A stretch of 64,000 nucleotides of DNA from an uncultured Gammaproteobacteria bacterium (lineage in GTDB: Bacteria > Patescibacteriota > Patescibacteriia > Magasanikbacterales > UBA922), in assembly GCA_964344965.1 (NCBI GenBank), contig CAYFPJ010000006.1, positions 568 through 64,567 on the forward strand. The letters are read 5' to 3'. Below, piece after piece: positions 62,367-64,000 of this stretch. How positions within the stretch are numbered: position 1 is the stretch's first letter; each line of letters starts with the position of its first letter. The translations under genes and the position numbers were made by a program. Under the pieces are notes generated by a model. The model searched no databases, was not told the DNA's origin, and saw only the letters and a list, made by a program, of their open reading frames with translations.

Positions 62367-64000
62367 ATGATCCCCCAAAATTTCACCCAAAAATCTCAAG
62401 AAGCTCTCCAGCAGGCTGCCCAGATTGCTCATAAAAATGGCCAGCCCCAGGTGGAGCCACCTCATTTATTCCTCTCCCTGCTCGAACAAGTAGATGGAGT
62501 AGTTTTGTCTGTTTTGAAAAAATTAAATACCAACATTGAAGAATTGAAGGAAGACACGCAAAAAATGATTGAAAAACTTCCTAAACAAGGCGGAGCTTTT
62601 GTGAGCGGAGGAATGGGTCAAATCATGATGGGTCAGGCCATGATGTACATTCTTCAAAATGCCCAAAATGAATCTAAAAAAATGGGTGATGAATATATCA
62701 GTGTAGAGCATTTGCTTCTGGCATTTCTAACTAATAAAAATCCTGTCAGCGATGCTCTCTCTCGTCAAGATGCCCAGTACAAAGAAGTCTTGAAAGTACT
62801 AGCAGATGTTCGCGGCACTCAGCGCGTTGACTCCCCTACTCCAGAAAGCAAATACCAAGCTCTAGAAAAATATGGTAAAAACTTTACTGAATTAGCCAGG
62901 AAAGAAAAACTTGATCCAGTGATTGGTCGTGATGATGAGATTCGTCGCGTGATGCAAGTCTTGACCAGAAGGACAAAAAATAATCCAGTACTCATCGGTG
63001 AGCCTGGAGTTGGTAAGACTGCCATTGCCGAAGGCTTGGCTCAGAGAATAGTGAATGGTGACGTGCCAGAAAGTTTGAAAGAAAAAGAACTAATTGGTCT
63101 TGACATCGGTGCCCTCATTGCTGGCACCAAATTTCGAGGAGAATTTGAACAGCGCTTCAAGGCAGTTCTGAAAGAAGTGACTGAGTCGAATGGGGAAATA
63201 ATTCTTTTCATTGATGAACTGCATACTATCGTTGGTGCTGGTAGCTCAGACGGAGCAGTAGATGCTTCTAATATGCTCAAACCTGCTCTCGCCCGGGGAG
63301 AACTGCGTACCATCGGGGCCACAACTTTGAAAGAATACCAAAAATATATTGAAAAAGATGCTGCTTTCGAGAGACGTTTTCAGCCTGTCATGGTATTTGA
63401 GCCAGATGAGGAAGATGCTATCGCAGTTCTTCGTGGGATTAAAGAAAAATATGAAGTGCACCATGGTGTCCGTATTACCGACCCAGCAATTGTCTCTGCT
63501 GTAAAGCTCTCTAGTCGCTATATCACAGACAGATTTTTACCAGACAAGGCTATCGATCTTATTGACGAAGCAGCTTCTGCTCTCCGCCTTGAGATAGAGT
63601 CTATGCCTGACGATCTAGATAAAATGAAACGTAAAATGATGAAGCTCGAAATTGAATTGAGAGCATTGAAAAAAGAAAAAGATGCCAAATCAAAAGAAAG
63701 AAGTGGTAAATTAAAAAAAGAAATGGCCAATCTGAAAGAACAAATTGCTGAACTAGAGATGCACTGGAAAAATGAAAAGGAGGTTATTACCAAAATTCGT
63801 GATTATAAAAAAGAAATTGACAAGGCCAAACAAGAGGCAGAAATAGAAGAACGTAAAGGTGACTTACAAAAAGTTGCTGAAATTCGCTATGGAAAAATTC
63901 CTAATATTGAAGAAGCTATCAAGAAATTGGAGAGTAAGCTAGACAGTATCCAAGAAGGACGTGCTATTCTAAAAGAAGAAGTAACAGATCAAGACATAGC
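62367..64000 (+). CDS. clpB: ATP-dependent chaperone ClpB (N-terminal and NBD1 region; continues beyond the window end)
   Basis: Clp_N repeats, Walker [16 protein letters not shown], Walker B ILFIDELH, and the start of the long coiled-coil M-domain (...[13 protein letters not shown]...). The frame is open to position 64000. Confidence 0.9.
   Translation, partial: MIPQNFTQKSQEALQQAAQIAHKNGQPQVEPPHLFLSLLEQVDGVVLSVLKKLNTNIEELKEDTQKMIEKLPKQGGAFVSGGMGQIMMGQAMMYILQNAQNESKKMGDEYISVEHLLLAFLTNKNPVSDALSRQDAQYKEVLKVLADVRGTQRVDSPTPESKYQALEKYGKNFTELARKEKLDPVIGRDDEIRRVMQVLTRRTKNNPVLIGEPGVGKTAIAEGLAQRIVNGDVPESLKEKELIGLDIGALIAGTKFRGEFEQRFKAVLKEVTESNGEIILFIDELHTIVGAGSSDGAVDASNMLKPALARGELRTIGATTLKEYQKYIEKDAAFERRFQPVMVFEPDEEDAIAVLRGIKEKYEVHHGVRITDPAIVSAVKLSSRYITDRFLPDKAIDLIDEAASALRLEIESMPDDLDKMKRKMMKLEIELRALKKEKDAKSKERSGKLKKEMANLKEQIAELEMHWKNEKEVITKIRDYKKEIDKAKQEAEIEERKGDLQKVAEIRYGKIPNIEEAIKKLESKLDSIQEGRAILKEEVTDQDI

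Noticed and set aside
1-64000. tRNA, rRNA, tmRNA, RNase P and CRISPR
   Set aside because: No GTTCGAATCC-type T-loops with cloverleaf context were seen in the intergenic regions read. There are no regularly spaced direct repeats with unique spacers and no rRNA-like conserved stretches.

Overview
This is an AT-rich, gene-dense bacterial window with GC-rich islands confined to small palindromic elements. The gene content looks like Patescibacteria/CPR, which is an inference from content and not from any search. The evidence is a sigma-70 with a lysine-rich histone-H1-like N-terminal tail, a type IV pilin locus (PilM, CheY-like receiver, pilin, prepilin peptidase) and many small proteins. It uses the standard genetic code, since full-length aminoacyl-tRNA synthetases are read without recoding. 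I found no rRNA, tRNA or CRISPR array. Housekeeping genes include cysS, metG, lysS, serS, gltX, fmt, def, rsmI, dnaG-rpoD, greA, sodA, a 2-Cys peroxiredoxin, an ABC-F ATPase, a partial clpB and a spoU-type methyltransferase. There is also a cell-envelope set: mpl/murC-like, mraY, a membrane-fused murF, a DegT aminotransferase, a FemAB-like transferase, ftsQ, a PglC-like sugar transferase, an M23 peptidase, wecG/tagA and a dacA-like PBP. The most unusual content is non-genic. First, a perfectly identical 142-bp element occurs twice in inverted orientation 28.6 kb apart; one copy splits a Pmp/CSLREA-type beta-helix surface-protein gene exactly in frame. Second, a roughly 100-125 bp MITE-like palindromic family has three copies: one read through in frame inside rsmI, one supplying the annotated N-terminus of a Wzy_C/O-antigen-ligase-like gene, and one intergenic. 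Third, several small genes sit in cassettes bounded by 25-34 bp inverted repeats; these are a four-helix-bundle (rRNA-IVS-type) protein, a GNAT, a GxxExxY protein present in two copies, and a frameshifted ORF. Fourth, several families of short dispersed GC-rich hairpin repeats often double as terminators. Fifth, a CIRCE-like operator (TTATCACTC-N9-GAGTGATAA) overlaps a sigma-70 promoter upstream of clpB. Other points are a long structured leader ahead of a cupin plus cytoplasmic NMT1/SsuA-like two-gene unit, a 570-bp ORF-free region with a 22-bp perfect stem, an RdgB-Nudix fusion, a LysW-like zinc ribbon, a tandem zinc-ribbon protein, and several apparent frameshifts or in-frame stops.
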